This document shows, piece by piece, positions 35,687 to 48,540 of a stretch of DNA of 64,000 nucleotides. This DNA is from Dicyema japonicum (lineage: Eukaryota > Animalia > Dicyemida). The notes under the pieces are model-generated. The model saw only the letters and a program-made list of their open reading frames with translations, ran no database searches and was not told the DNA's origin. The translations under genes and the position numbers were made by a program. The number at the start of each line of letters is the position of its first letter. Positions within the stretch are counted from its first letter, which is position 1. The DNA lies in NCBI GenBank assembly GCA_011109175.1, contig RDEW01000036.1, positions 375,583 to 439,582 of the forward strand, read 5' to 3'.

Positions 35687-37983
35687 TATTATTATTTAAT
35701 AACCCCGAAAAGGGAACACCAAGAAAGAAGGAGTAATCCAACTAATTAAGTGATCCCGGTACGCCTCAACAGGATCGAGAGGTTTTTCCTGTGTTCCTCC
35801 AGAGTACCCACGGCTTTCCTGAATAAACGACGATCATCTTTCATTAGGGTTTGAAGAGGAGTGGGGTTTTTCCCCAAATTTCGTGTATTTGAAGCCTTCA
35901 GCCTTGAATGGAAGAAACGACTTGTTTCTTGGCCACACAGACAGATGAAGCCGGAGCCATTATTTTTGATTGCGCCGTGGTCAAGCATTGGAGGGAAAAG
36001 ATCGGGGGTAGATTTGTTTGACGTGCTAGTTTTCCAATTAGGGTATTGATCTTGAGTGAATTTGATATCGAAGCTCCATAGGCCCATGAGGCACAGGCGT
36101 ACTCAATCGTCAGTTTTAGGAGTTGATTGAACACGACGAGGGCGCATTCCTGTGAAGGTTTGGACTTCAAGAGCGGTTTGATAATATTAAGTTTCCTGAG
36201 ACCCTTTGTCATAACGTTCTTCACATGTTGAGAAAATGACATCAAAGGGTCAAATGTCACTCCCAGGATAGTTGGACGAGTCTGTAGTGGAAAGGAGTCT
36301 CCAAAAATGTTCAAATCAAGTGTATGTTTTTCTTTTCTGTCCGTGGTGAAAATTGTATATGTTGATTTGTCCCTGGATACAGAGAGACGATTCAACTTCA
36401 ACCAGGCTCCCAGGTCGTCAATATGTGACTGAAGCTCTGATTTTGCTGTACCCACGTATTTGTTCCTGCTAGCGATGATTAGGTCGTCAGCATAAGTGAG
36501 AAGCATTGAATCTGGTCCTCCAGGTCAGGGTAAATCGTTGAGGAACAAGTTGAATAATGCCGGAGAGAGGGGCGATCCTTGAGGGACGCCATTTGGTAGG
36601 AGACGGGACCTCGATCTTGCGTGGCCTATACAGACACGTCCTCTTCTTCCGGAGAGAAAATTGGTTATCCATCTTTTCAAATCTGTCTGAATGGTGGTGT
36701 CAAAAACCTTCTTCGTGAGTAATATTCTCGAGACAGAATCGAACGCCTTCTGGATATCCAGGGAAACCATTATTGTCCGTAGATGGCGTTTCGGTACGTT
36801 GAACCCTTCTGATATAAATTGAGACAGTGAAGTCAAATGTGTCGTAGTTGAACGCTCACATTTGAAACCATGTTGAAAGTGGCAGTCGGGCAAATGGGGT
36901 TTTTTCTAAAAATGGTGATTCTGAATCACCCGAATGTGTTCACAAGGACACCTATCCGAAGAAATGACAACCCAACCTCCCCCGACATATCCATTGCTTC
37001 CTCTAGGATTGCCCCGAAGATTTCATGGAACGTCTCCTACGATTTTCATAGTGATCATAATCCGATTATATTAAAACTGAGCCGATTCAATAACTCGCGT
37101 AGAATTAAAGCAACCTTCAAGGTCTACAAGAAAGCTGACTGGTCGAATTTCAAGCTCTTCATTGACAATAACCTAATACACTTTGATCCCACCTCATTTT
37201 GCTCCATCGACAAAGCAGTGGACCATCTAAACCATGTAATCCTTCAAGCTGAAAAGTTGTTTGTACCACGTGCAGTTTATAAATCCTACAAGCCTACTCT
37301 GGACTCGGAGACTCGTCTCCTCATCAAACAAAGAAACTCCCTGAAGATGAATCATCTGCAAACCTCTTCTGATTTGCAAAATATAAAATGCTTAAATCAG
37401 AGAATTACAAAGCTCATCAGAGAAAAGAAAGATAGGGCGTGGAAGCGCCTATTATCATCTATTGGACATATGAAATCCACGAGTCTTTTATGGAAAACTA
37501 TTCGTCGAATCAAGCTAAACTTATCAGATGAATCAGAATCTTTTTCTGCTCCAAATACTGTGCAAGCTAACAACCAAATGAAATATTACGCATCCATAAG
37601 CCACAAGGACTTCTCGAAATCCCATTCTTGTCACTTTCGGAATTTAGTGCCTAAACCAACTTCATGGATCAATCTGTTTACGCATGCCGAGGTCACACAG
37701 GCTATAAGATCGATGAAGAGATCTTTTACGTGTGGACCTGACGGCATTCCGGGAATTTTGTTAAAACACCTTGGTAATGCTGCAATCAATTAAATTACGT
37801 CAATTTTTAATTTGTCTTCTAACATGAACGTCATCCCATGCAAATGGAAAAACTCACTTATAATACCGATCCTTAAACCAGGAAAACCGAAAACCTTACC
37901 TTCTTCCTACCGTCCAATTTCATTAACGTGCGCATTATCGCGCCTAATGGAGAAACTCGTACTCTGGAAAATTAAACCCCATC
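35687..37983 (-). mobile_element. Ingi/Vingi-like LINE with inverted 5' half, inserted at the RTE stop codon
   Basis: The minus part (36902 to 35700) carries RT (DIQKAFD, PQGSPLSP, YADD) through GIT* and (TAA)n. The plus part (36903-37982) carries the APE end through the RT start. TSD ataatcattat at 35676-35686 and 37984-37994. Confidence 0.92.
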
Positions 37984-38075
37984 ATAATCATTATGGCTTT
38001 CGTGAAAGTGCTTTAATAATAATAATAAAATAAAATTTTATTTAATTAATCAAAACACCATAATATTCATTATTA

Positions 38076-38990
38076 TTGTGCGTCATGAGGTTCACTATTT
38101 CTGGTGGCGTCGGATATAATCATAAACTATATCTAAAAAGAACCTTTTGCTCTTTACCAACCAGAGGACTTCACACTGAAGGGTGTTCTCTCAATGTTGG
38201 AACATTTTATCGATTGAGATTGTTGACCTCAGGAGACGTGGAACAAAATCCATGCCCAAAGAAGTTAACAATCCAGAGCGTAGATATAAACGGGATCAGA
38301 GGAAAGATTGACGAACTTTCAATACCTTGGAGAGGAACAGAGTAGATATCTGCCTTCTCTAGGAAACGAAGCTTTCAAAATACATTCCTACTCCTCTCTT
38401 TAATGGACACAACACAATAAGATCCGACGTCCATCTGGCCAAGGAGGAGTCCACTGATTCTTTTAAGAAAAGGAATAAAAAACCTTGAGAACCCTTTTCC
38501 TTACAAGATCCTAATCGAAGGCTCGAACACGGAGCTAATTATAATTTCTGTCGTAACTTACATTGGAAAAAATTGAAATTGCAAATATTTATGTTCCTCC
38601 TCCGAGTTCCTGCAAGAAAAATTTCTGTTTTTACCCATCGACCTTGGACAAAATGGAGAACTATGTGAAGACATCTGTGCTCCGCTCTCAGGCCGTTGAT
38701 AACAGAGGAATCCTGATATTATCCAAAATGCAAAACTTAAAAGTCATCAACAATCCGAAAAAGAACACTAGGACACCATTCAACACGATGGATATGGTGA
38801 CATCTCCGGACTTATCAATCTGCTCGCCTCGTCTTCCCGATCATTAATTGGACGGTCCGTTATGACCTACGGAGTGACGACCATTCAATAATAATGAGGC
38901 TGAACTGCGAGCTACGTTTTGTACCGAATCCTATTCATTTCTATGATTGCAAAAATGCAAATTGGACTGGCTTTACAAATTTAAAAAAAA
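38076..38990 (+). mobile_element. 5' part of an Ingi/Vingi-like LINE: 2A-like motif plus decayed APE endonuclease
   Basis: RLLTSGDVEQNPCP-KKLTIQSVDINGIRGK; NIYVPP; TSPDLSI; YDCKNANWTGF. Confidence 0.8.
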
Positions 38991-39304
38991 AGAAATTTTT
39001 TCTATATTTTTTTGGTAGTCGTAGTGAAGGAAAATACCCAGAAAAGTCTTGTCAAACTTATGAAGGGAAATCAGATTCGACAAAGCTCTAGTGACCTTAT
39101 TGATCAAGAGTTAGTAGGTGAATAAGAAAATCAGATATTTTTACAGTGGCACCTAGACAAAAGATTCTACATTTTTTGTAGTTACAAAAGTGTCACACAT
39201 ATGTTGGGAAAATTCGCTACGATATTTTCTAACAGCAGTCATAGCCTTTTAGTTGTTTTCTTGTTAGTTTCCCAACATCACTAACATGTGGGAGACAGAC
39301 TGTC

Positions 39305-40080
39305 ATAAAATAATAAAAAAAATTTAAAAGACCATGGTAACACCAAATTAACTAGTCACGTGATCCCGACACGCTCCAAGAGAGACTTCAGCTCGACAAG
39401 ATGTTTCTTCTTCGAACCCATGTAAGTGCGTATCGGATTATAACTGAATCCTCGTAGTCGCAACGGCACGTTCCTCGATTCTTAAAGATTCCAGAGCTAT
39501 TGAAGACTAAGACTTTCCAGAAGTCAACTGATTAGTAATTTTTGAATCCTTTTGGATTTCATGGAACATAGACTTCACAATGTTATTGGATTTAGACATG
39601 CCTCTCCATGTCCATTTAAATGTGGAGAGCATTTCTTGAGCCTCCTGATCGATTTCCATAATACAGAGGAGGAAGTATTATTCCTAGCTTTTCTGAGCAC
39701 GGATTCCCAACGTTCTTTGTTGTGTTTTGTTATGTTCCGCGTGATTTCTTTATTCGGTTTTTATATCCTTTCAGTTACTTCCACAGATTGTCATTAGAAG
39801 TTCTTCAGATTATTTTTTCGTTTTATTAGAGCTCGCGTGTGATTGACTTTGAGGACGACACATCAGAATGAATCTTATGCAAGCTTGGAGTATAATCTTG
39901 TTGAGGTAATTGACATCAGCGTCGATAGATCCGAAGTTTTCTATACGGAGTTCGATAAAATAGCGGGCCATATTACCTATGAGACTGTTAGACACAACCA
40001 CATTCTTATCGATATTGCGATTTTTCGGAGGTTGTTTAGACCTCTGCGTCTATTAGAATATTTTAGATAGATATTCATTA
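39305..40080 (-). mobile_element. Decayed Ingi/Vingi-like LINE 3' end
   Basis: Ends SLLERVGIT*, like the other copies. Confidence 0.6.
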
Positions 40081-40239
40081 TTGATTCCAAAGTTGTTTGT
40101 GACTTCCTTCTAAAAGGTCCTGAACAAAGGATGATGATTCCATAATATCGTATGCAGGAACGACATGATTATCCGTAATATAAGCGCAAATAATCCCGTT
40201 CGGAGCTTAGTAAGCATTTTATCCCTATTTGCAAGCTTT

Positions 40240-40880
40240 GTATAAGTTTGGTTTTTTGTAACCATTTGGTAGTGTGTTTCTAGTAGAGTCATTAGTTGTT
40301 TTCTGTCAAAAAAAATTAAGTTATCAACACATGTTTGAGTTAGTCCCCCACGTACCCGAGTTCTAGAACAATATGAGTAGGATGAATTTACTGCATAGTC
40401 GTACTATTACATGTTCTAACATGGGTGTATCTTGGACGTGTCGATTTTAGTCTATTCAGTACTATTGTTGAACATCCTCCAGAACGCTAACAAAGACGCG
40501 ACTTTATTTGCTCACCTTCAAATCTCATAGGTGAGTCGCTTTCCCATTTGATTGTATTTACCTCGATTTTTGTTCGTTCATTTTAAGGAATCACTCTCCA
40601 AACACCTTATGAGAATGAATAAGAGCAATCATCCGCAAATATTAATTCATAGGACAAATTCTTAAATCACGAAGATGCTTCAGTTGAACAAGAGAATCGT
40701 TTTACTGAGTGAGCTACCTTCTGAAGAGCAATTGCATATTAATTTGCGAAAGCGCTCAGAGTCAACCTAGACTTTCAATTCTGTTTTTGAAAGTAGAACC
40801 CGTATCAAACCTTAAACTGTCCTCGTCTAGCAAAGTTATAGGCTATCTTCAGAATTCATGTAAAATTGATTTTTGCGCAA
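40240..40880 (-). mobile_element. Highly decayed RTE fragment, duplicated at 49490-50105
   Basis: NSGTWGLT motif and colinear similarity to 49490-50105. Confidence 0.65.
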
Positions 40881-40919
40881 ATTGATTTTTAATTAATCAT
40901 TATTCAAAAATATTAATTT

Positions 40920-42707
40920 TTTAACAAAATTTTTAAACATTTTGACAAAGTTATTAGACATTATGGCAAAGTTATTGACATTTTGACAAATTTATTTAAC
41001 TTTATGGTAAATTATTGAACACGTCGGAAAATCATGTTAATTGTGTGAATTTAATTAAATTATTTTTTAATTTTATTTATTAATAAAATTAATATTATTT
41101 AAGACGACTGCTAATTTCTTGTTGTTACACGTAAATTCATTATTTTGATGTTTAATCTTATAGCTGTTCACTTTATCATTTTGAACTTCTCATTTTACTT
41201 TCTGACAACACATAAAAATTGCCAAGACGAAGTAATAGATCGTTGATATCTTCGTTAACCAATAACGCCTGGAGTCCCAAGTGTTTCGTTTTACTGTGAT
41301 CTTTATGGGTAGGGAAGATAAACTTCCTTGTGTGTGTTTTGATCTTTTGATCCTATCTGAATCTTCCACAAGGAGTTGTATGAACTTTTGTGTTTAAGAT
41401 GGTTCCATTTTGGATTATATTGTAGTAATCGCGGTGAAATGAAGATGTTCCTTATAGACTCAATAGTCCAATCATCGTTCTCAACTGTTTGAAAATATTA
41501 ATCTTCCTTTTGACAGTAAGCATGTGAGAGCAAAGCTTGTGATTAAAGTCCCTATATGAATTGTGATAATGCTCACATCATTCTGCATAAATCTGAGGAA
41601 AACTGTCCATTTTTTAACACCAATCATTCGATTAATTCTTTCATCGATTTTGAAATGATATTATTCTTTCCGAGGCAAGAGAGCGAATCAGGATATTATT
41701 TAAATCACGATTTCAATTAATTAACACCAATTTATATCCCTGAAAAATAACCGATCAGGTTAGTTTAAATGTTGTAAAAACTCCGCAAATGCCAACTACA
41801 TTGTTCTTGTCCCTAATGGCACTGCAGTCTGAAATACATTATTAATTACGTGTTTCTTCTATCGCCTTGTTGCCTACCGTAAATGTATTACATTCGAACA
41901 TCTACAAGTGATTATCTTCAATATGTATTGAATGACGAGGTTGTGCCATATGTCTATACTAAATATGATATCATACGCCTCTGGATTATCAAATGGATTC
42001 TTGCACACGATAACACTATATTATTAACATACTTATGCAATTCATCAAAATTAGAACCAATTCTAAAAATTTGAATAACTTTTATTCTTTGAGGAAAGAT
42101 GCTACGTAAATTACAAAAAAATGTACACAGATTCGAGTAATGATAAATTTTTTGCAAAATCGATTGTTATGAATGTGAAGGAATTACATTCTTGCAAAAG
42201 TCTATACTATAAAAATAAATACAGCAAGTCGTAAATGCTAGATGGGATTTTAAGATTTGTTGTTTACATATTTTAAACTCATGATTCTGACAGTTACTAT
42301 GAATAATTAATATTTAATACACATTCTGTAAATTCATTCCTATAACTGAAAAATTGACATCATGTTGAAATTTAATGTAATCTTAATTCATATATTTGAG
42401 AATCAGAGTATACGCCAGAAAATTGACATTCATTTCAGTTCTGAATAATCATTGTTTTATACAGAGAACCACGATCCATTACTTCGTTTTGGCAATTTTT
42501 CTGTGTTGTCAAAATGTAAAATGAGAAGTACAACATGAAACAATAAATTACTGTCGTTATAAATAATTCTAATTTTATTAATAAATAAAAAAAAAATAAT
42601 TTAATTAAATTCACACAATTAACATGGTTTTTCGACGTGTTCATTAATAGTTAAATAAATTTGTCAGTGTCTAATAACTTTACCATAATGTTCAACATTT
42701 GTGTTAA
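40920..42707. repeat. Long inverted repeats (40920-41255 / 42462-42707) enclosing a degenerate spliced gene on the minus strand
   Basis: gaacacgtcggaaaatcatgttaattgtgtgaatttaattaaattattt at ~41017 is reverse-complemented at ~42595-42643. Similarity extends both ways. Confidence 0.8.
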
Positions 42708-43046
42708 GGCGCAGATGATGGATACTTAAAACTAGCTAAAAAAATAGTATGGAATAATGTAAAGCCAAAGCCACGCATTCATATTCTTATGGGAAATTTG
42801 GAAGTGCTTTTTTACTAACTGAATAACTAAACTATTATGTTAAGGTTCTACTTCAATAAGTAAGTGAAAATTATTCCCTGATTTAGTTTAAATCCAAAAA
42901 TCAGAAATTTATTTAATTATGTAGAAAAATTATTTTTCCATTTGAATATTTTTATTAAAATAAAACAATAAAACAAACACAAGACAATTTTTTATTTTTG
43001 GCACTCAACTTAGAAAAAAACTCTATAAATAACATCTTACATAATA

Positions 43047-43610
43047 TGGAAAGAATTCATTCATTTAGTTACTTATTAATTAATTTAGTTTTTTCAGCAT
43101 CTCGAGGTTTTCCGGCAAGGATAGGTTCTATCGCGGGCTTAGTAGCCATTAGATTTTTCGACTAACAGTGAAAACACTTTATATGAATTTTGTCGACCTC
43201 AAATCTCGAATTTCCGTAAATTTTACTTTTTGGGAGACTGCATAGTAAATCGGATTCGAAATTGATGTTCATATTACTATCATGAAAATACTACCTCGAT
43301 CATTTTTACTTTCAGTTCTCTCTCTTGAATCGAAACGCTTCAGTCCCCAGTAAAAACAGTGGTTCTCTCCAATGATCGACTACTCATTTACTATGTGCGT
43401 CCTTTTGTCGTTATTTTTTCGACATTTGTCAATAAGATGAATGGATCTCACTAAGCTCACGAGTAAGAATTACATGGCTCGATGTACTGTATTTACATTT
43501 TTCTTAGATAGGATGATGAGATCTTCCATATCTCTGAAATGCTTTTAAGTAGGTTAACCTCACATTTTGCCAGAGAATTTTCGATGTGCCATGAGAAGCA
43601 CATTTGACTG
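43047..43610 (+). pseudogene. Signal-peptide-bearing gene or pseudogene, possibly a distant member of the membrane protein family
   Basis: MERIHSFSYLLINLVFSASRG and YMARCTVFTF..FHISE. Frames are broken. Confidence 0.3.
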
Positions 43611-44262
43611 AGTGAACAGGAAAAATTATTAAACAAAAATAATATTTAATTATTTATTTCAATGACACCTTGAAGCTACTCATAGTAGGAGAACTCTGTG
43701 GTAATAAGAACAACTTGTTATCTAAGAAGCTACCCAGAAAAGGACGTTCACAGTGATGGAACGATAGACTTTTGGAGAGAAATAATCCACGCCAACTTCT
43801 TCAATTCTACGTACTTGATTAGCAATAATGAAGACCCCCTGGAGCTAAACGTTCTATTGAAGTCAGTCTCCTATACCAACTGGTCCACACTTTCGACTTA
43901 TTTTGCACGAAGATAAAACCTATCAGATGCATTTAAAATGCAGTCGCTATATACACCTGAGCGTTACAGACTGATTTTATTGGCAACTTATCTGCCACCT
44001 TTAACCTGAAGCTTCAACGAAAATGCTCGATAGGTAAAATTATCGCGATTTTAATACATACTTGACATTCTAATAACACAGGTTTTACTGTCCCTCTGGT
44101 CCTCCCCGAGCTCATTTTTGGAAATTGCCTTATCGCTTAGCCAATTTACTCCCAGTCAATCTCCAAAATGACACTGTTATCCGATCAATCAATATATGGT
44201 CTTACATTATAAAATTGTCAGGATGAATTACTAATACACAACTTTTAGTGTAATTAAACACA

Positions 44263-44644
44263 TTTTTAATTTATGTTAATGAATGATTAAGCTTGATGAT
44301 CGGTTCTCTCATCAGGATCTCATACAAAGAATCTACAAGAAATAGGGATGTAAGATGATAGAATATCGCTGGCACATCCTGAAGATGGAGTTGACCTAAC
44401 GGAGCAATGGAAGTCTACTCTTTCGCCTAGAGGGCCGTTTTCGTGGAAAGTCTAGGATAACTTTGACATTCGTGTTACAAAAGGACTTAAAATCGTAAAA
44501 TGATAATTAAAATCCGCTGACGTCCTGGACACACTAAGAACGGTAGATAATAGAGGTGTGGAAGAGATTGACTTCCAAATTCGATGTCAATAAATGGCTT
44601 TCGTGGTAGTTCTAATAATACCATTTTTAATTTCCAATGGATTT
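44263..44644. repeat. ~380-bp direct repeat, copy 1 (copy 2 at 46860-47233)
   Basis: High identity by eye. Confidence 0.9.
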
Positions 44645-44950
44645 TATTCCATCATGACCACCTACATTCTGCCATTCTTCAATGGGGACACCGCCAGTCA
44701 ATCGGGTCTCTTACTCTTTGTCATTCCCAAATGGAGACATCGTAGGTCAATCGGGCCTCATATACTTTGTCATTCCCAAATGGGGACATCGTAAGTCAAT
44801 CGGGAAACCCATCGTCTTTAAACCAGACATACTGAAAGTCAAAGACTCTGCATGTTTGTGAATCGCACAACCAGCTAACAATCTCCGTCAGAAATATTAA
44901 ATAAAATGTTATGGTTTAACGATGGGCTTATTCATTTAAATGAAAAATTA

Positions 44951-46010
44951 TTATAAATTATCATCCAATTTTACTTTGTTTTGGGTTCTTTGGCGAGAAT
45001 ATCGGGAAGAATTGTGCAATCTAGGGTTTGGGTTAGCACTGTGGCGATTTCGACTTCTTCTGGAAGAGAAACTCATGTTGCAGCCAGGAACTGTACAAAA
45101 ATGATTTTCATGCAGATGAATCGCACTCACGTGGATTTTTAAGGCTCCTCTATCACAGAATGTCTTTTCACAACCTTTGCAGACAATTCTCTTCTTTCCG
45201 GACTCTTCGATGATTCCGCCATAGTAATTTTTGCTTATTTTTTCCATTTGAACCAAATCTGCTGAATATACAGTGTTATTGGACATATTTTGGGTCTGAA
45301 TCTGAAAATTGTTGTTTTCCGGAACAGAATGGGGAAATTTTTGAGGTTCCACGCTGTTTGGCAGGAAACTTCTTAAATTGGACAGGTTTTGGTCCAAAAT
45401 GATAAAATTTTTGTTTTGAACATCCAAGTTGAACAAATTGTAATATTGGCAAGTCAGACTCAGTAAAATATTTCTGAAATTCTGAATATTCAAGATTGTT
45501 TGGTTGTGGCAATTATTTCGAATGTTCTCGACGTAGTTAGCTAAGTTGATGGACTCAATCTTCTCCAAAATCAGTTTCTCCTCTTCGGTGATATCGTAGA
45601 TGGGAGGGAATTTGGAACATTCTAGAATCCAAAATTGTACTTTACCTCGAAACTTCGAATCATCATTTCACTCGTCCACCCAAATTTGGAGATCCTCTCC
45701 AATAGTTGGTCATGTCTGTATAGCAGTGCCATGAATCGGCAAAAAGGCAACAGATTAGGCGGGATTTTACTGTTATTTATTAAAATAAAGACGAATGTTA
45801 CAGAACAGGTCACCAAAGGGTGACAACCTTCAAAATTTACTAGAAATAATATTGGGGGAATACCGTGACTAAATAAAAAATGATCACAAATTCGAGGATA
45901 TTATTCTGATCCGAGCTAAAAGAACTGCAGTTTCTGCATATCTGGCATGGCAAAATAGTCTAAAGTATTTTTAATATTATGTTTCATAATAAATCTACGG
46001 AAAGGCATAG
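44951..46010 (-). CDS. Basonuclin/disconnected-family C2H2 zinc-finger protein
   Basis: [56 protein letters not shown] is the disco/BNC finger pair. An upstream exon ([12 protein letters not shown]) resembles the BNC N-domain. Start position uncertain. Confidence 0.85.
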
Positions 46011-46099
46011 CTTTGGAAATTAGAATATCTTCCAAACTTGTCACTGTCCTACAGCAATCAACCAGCGTGTTGACAAGACTTAAGTGCGTAGCCAGTGCT

Positions 46100-46245
46100 G
46101 ATGCCCAAACTAAAGTGACTAAGTAGCCTGACTAAGTAGCGTGGTCTCCTAAGTTTCCGGGGCTAATGGCCAAACTAAAGCGACTAAGTAGAATTTGTAA
46201 GTAGCGTGGTCTCCTATTTTGCCAAGGTTAAAGGCCAACTAAGAT
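46100..46245. repeat. Short nested repeats (ccaaactaaag/gactaagtag/cgtggtctcct), transposon-subterminal-like
   Basis: Two to three imperfect ~65-bp units. Confidence 0.55.
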
Positions 46246-46859
46246 CTCATGTGATATTTAGTGTCTCGCGACTTTAAAATAAATCAAATGAGTTCATCGG
46301 CAAGTAATGAACTATGCGAACATGCTTAAAGCTGTGAATCAGTATAACCGCAAACATTATAAAGACTGGGGGAAATGGTGTGGATTACCTCATATTGTGC
46401 TCTTGACTCCATAATTCGATGGATGCATTCAAAGAACTCGAGACTAAATACGAAAATTGATTTTAAATGCAGCGCAAACAATCATATCAATGTCAAGAGA
46501 ATCGACAATCATTTTGCCTTCATGGTTGCCCTGTTATCTAATTTTACATTTTTTGACTTTGAGTCCACAAATCACCCCCGAAATCAAAACGTCGTTCCGT
46601 GGTTGAAAAGGAAAAAACTGGGAGATACGAGTAACGTCGTGTAGTGAGATAAAAGACAATTTTAATGGTAGCTGTGCTTTCTGTCAATTGAAATGTCATT
46701 ATTATATTTATATGACATCTATTAGATCCAGAATTGACTAATTGAAACTAAGCACTAATGGAACTTTAATGTATCTGTCTTATTTGTCATTTACTAGTGA
46801 ATTAGCCCTAACTTTGAACAATTTTGCATATAAATCAACTTTGAACAATTTGCATATTT

Positions 46860-47233
46860 TTTTTAATTTATGTTAATAAGTGATTAAGCTTGATGATCGG
46901 TTCTCTCATCAGGATCTCATACAAAAGAATCTACAAGAAATGGGGATGTAAGATGATAGAATATCGCTGGCACATCCTGAAGATGGAGTTGACCTAACGG
47001 AGCAATGGAAGACTACTCTTTCGCCGTTTTTGTGGAAAGTCTAGTATAACTTTGAGATTCGTTTTACAAAAGGACTTAAAATTGTAAAATGAGAATTAAA
47101 ATCCGCTGACGTCCTGGACACAATAAGAACCGTAGATAATAGAAATGTAGAAGAAATTGACTTCCAAATTCGATGTCAATAAATGACTTTCGTGGAAGTT
47201 CTAATAATACCATTTTTAGTTTCCAGTGGATTT
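46860..47233. repeat. ~375-bp direct repeat, copy 2
   Basis: Matches 44263-44644. Confidence 0.9.
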
Positions 47234-47324
47234 CGAAAACGTCTATGTAAAAAATAAGGATTCGAAAACGTCTACGAGACTTCATCAATTCAAATGTCGG
47301 TAAATGGGTGAGTAAATCAAGCAT

Positions 47325-48311
47325 TATTATCACCTGAGAAATTAATCACTCTCGCCAAACCATGGTCATGAAAAATCATGTTGAGCCGAGAGAATAACAA
47401 AAACGTCATCTTCCTCCACTTGCCCATATCATAAGCAATCTTCCGTAGTCTATCTAGATCCTCTTCTTCTCTGAGAGGTTTCCCAATCATTTTTATGTCC
47501 CCGCAATCACCAAGGAACGTGCATGTTGTTCCCTGGTAGGAACGTGCATCATTTATCAGGTGTTTATCAGACTTTCGGCAGATAATGTAGTCGATTTGAT
47601 TATATATATTCACGGTCTCTCCGACAGAGTTTTTTCTTTGTCCGTGCCACGTCGTCTTGTGGCAAGCTGAGTGCATAAAGGCCGTGTTGCACAGGAAAAG
47701 GCTATTTGCCTCGCAGAAGTTTACCAGAGAGGCTCCAGATGCATTTCTCTATTACTCGTCCACAGTGTGGTGCATAGACATTTATGACGGTTAGTAGACT
47801 CTTGGACGGGCATAGTTCATTTAGTTTGACTTGTAGGACACATATTCGGTCGTTGACTCTCCAATAGCGATGTTTTTTGAGGTAATCCACGTGTAGGGCA
47901 AATCCCATGCCGTAGTGCTTGCATCCAGTAAGCTCTCAGGATGGTGAACGAAATTCCTCAAGCCAGCACACTCACAGAGATCTCACGTTCATGTAGAAAT
48001 CCGCTTCCCTAGATGACTCCAAAATTCCAGCGTCGCAAGGGTAAGAGTAGCCAGATATTTCACCCGCGGGCTGAACAAACAAAAAATCCTCGGATAAGAC
48101 CGCGTACTTTGCTCGTTTTGACCTTTCGGTCTTCTCACACCTGATAAATGATGCTCGACCAGCTGACCTACCACAGGATCGTCATTGCAAAACTTTGTGT
48201 AAAAAAGCACCTGACTGGGAAAAAATACATTGAAAACGCGAAGAAGGCGAGACAAAGACCCAATATATACTTTCAGACAGAAAAATTGTGGTTAGAGCCA
48301 TCTTGTAGAGC
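47325..48311. mobile_element. Mosaic of RTE fragments in opposite orientations
   Basis: 47525-47929 (-) and 48170-48311 (+) are near-identical to adjacent parts of the 32.7-kb RTE APE region. 47325-47500 (-) is an RTE 3' end. Confidence 0.85.
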
Positions 48312-48540
48312 CGGAATAACAATAAGACAAGTAAAGAAGTACCAGGATGTGAACAAAAGAATAAACAGTATTATTGAAAAATATGATGAATACACTCCAG
48401 TAGAATTTTTGACTGCGCTTTCTCATAACCTTTAAGTAAATGTTTTTATCTTGAATTTTATCTCTGAATTTTAAAACCAGAATATTCTGTCGGCAAATGT
48501 TTTGTCGGCCTAATATCTATCGACCAAATGTCCGGACACA
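48312..48540 (+). mobile_element. MULE-like DNA transposon 3' terminus
   Basis: KKYQDVNKRINSIIEKYDEYTPVEFLTALSHNL* resembles animal MULE transposase C-termini, followed by gtcggc..aaatgt subterminal repeats ending gtccggacac. Confidence 0.55.
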
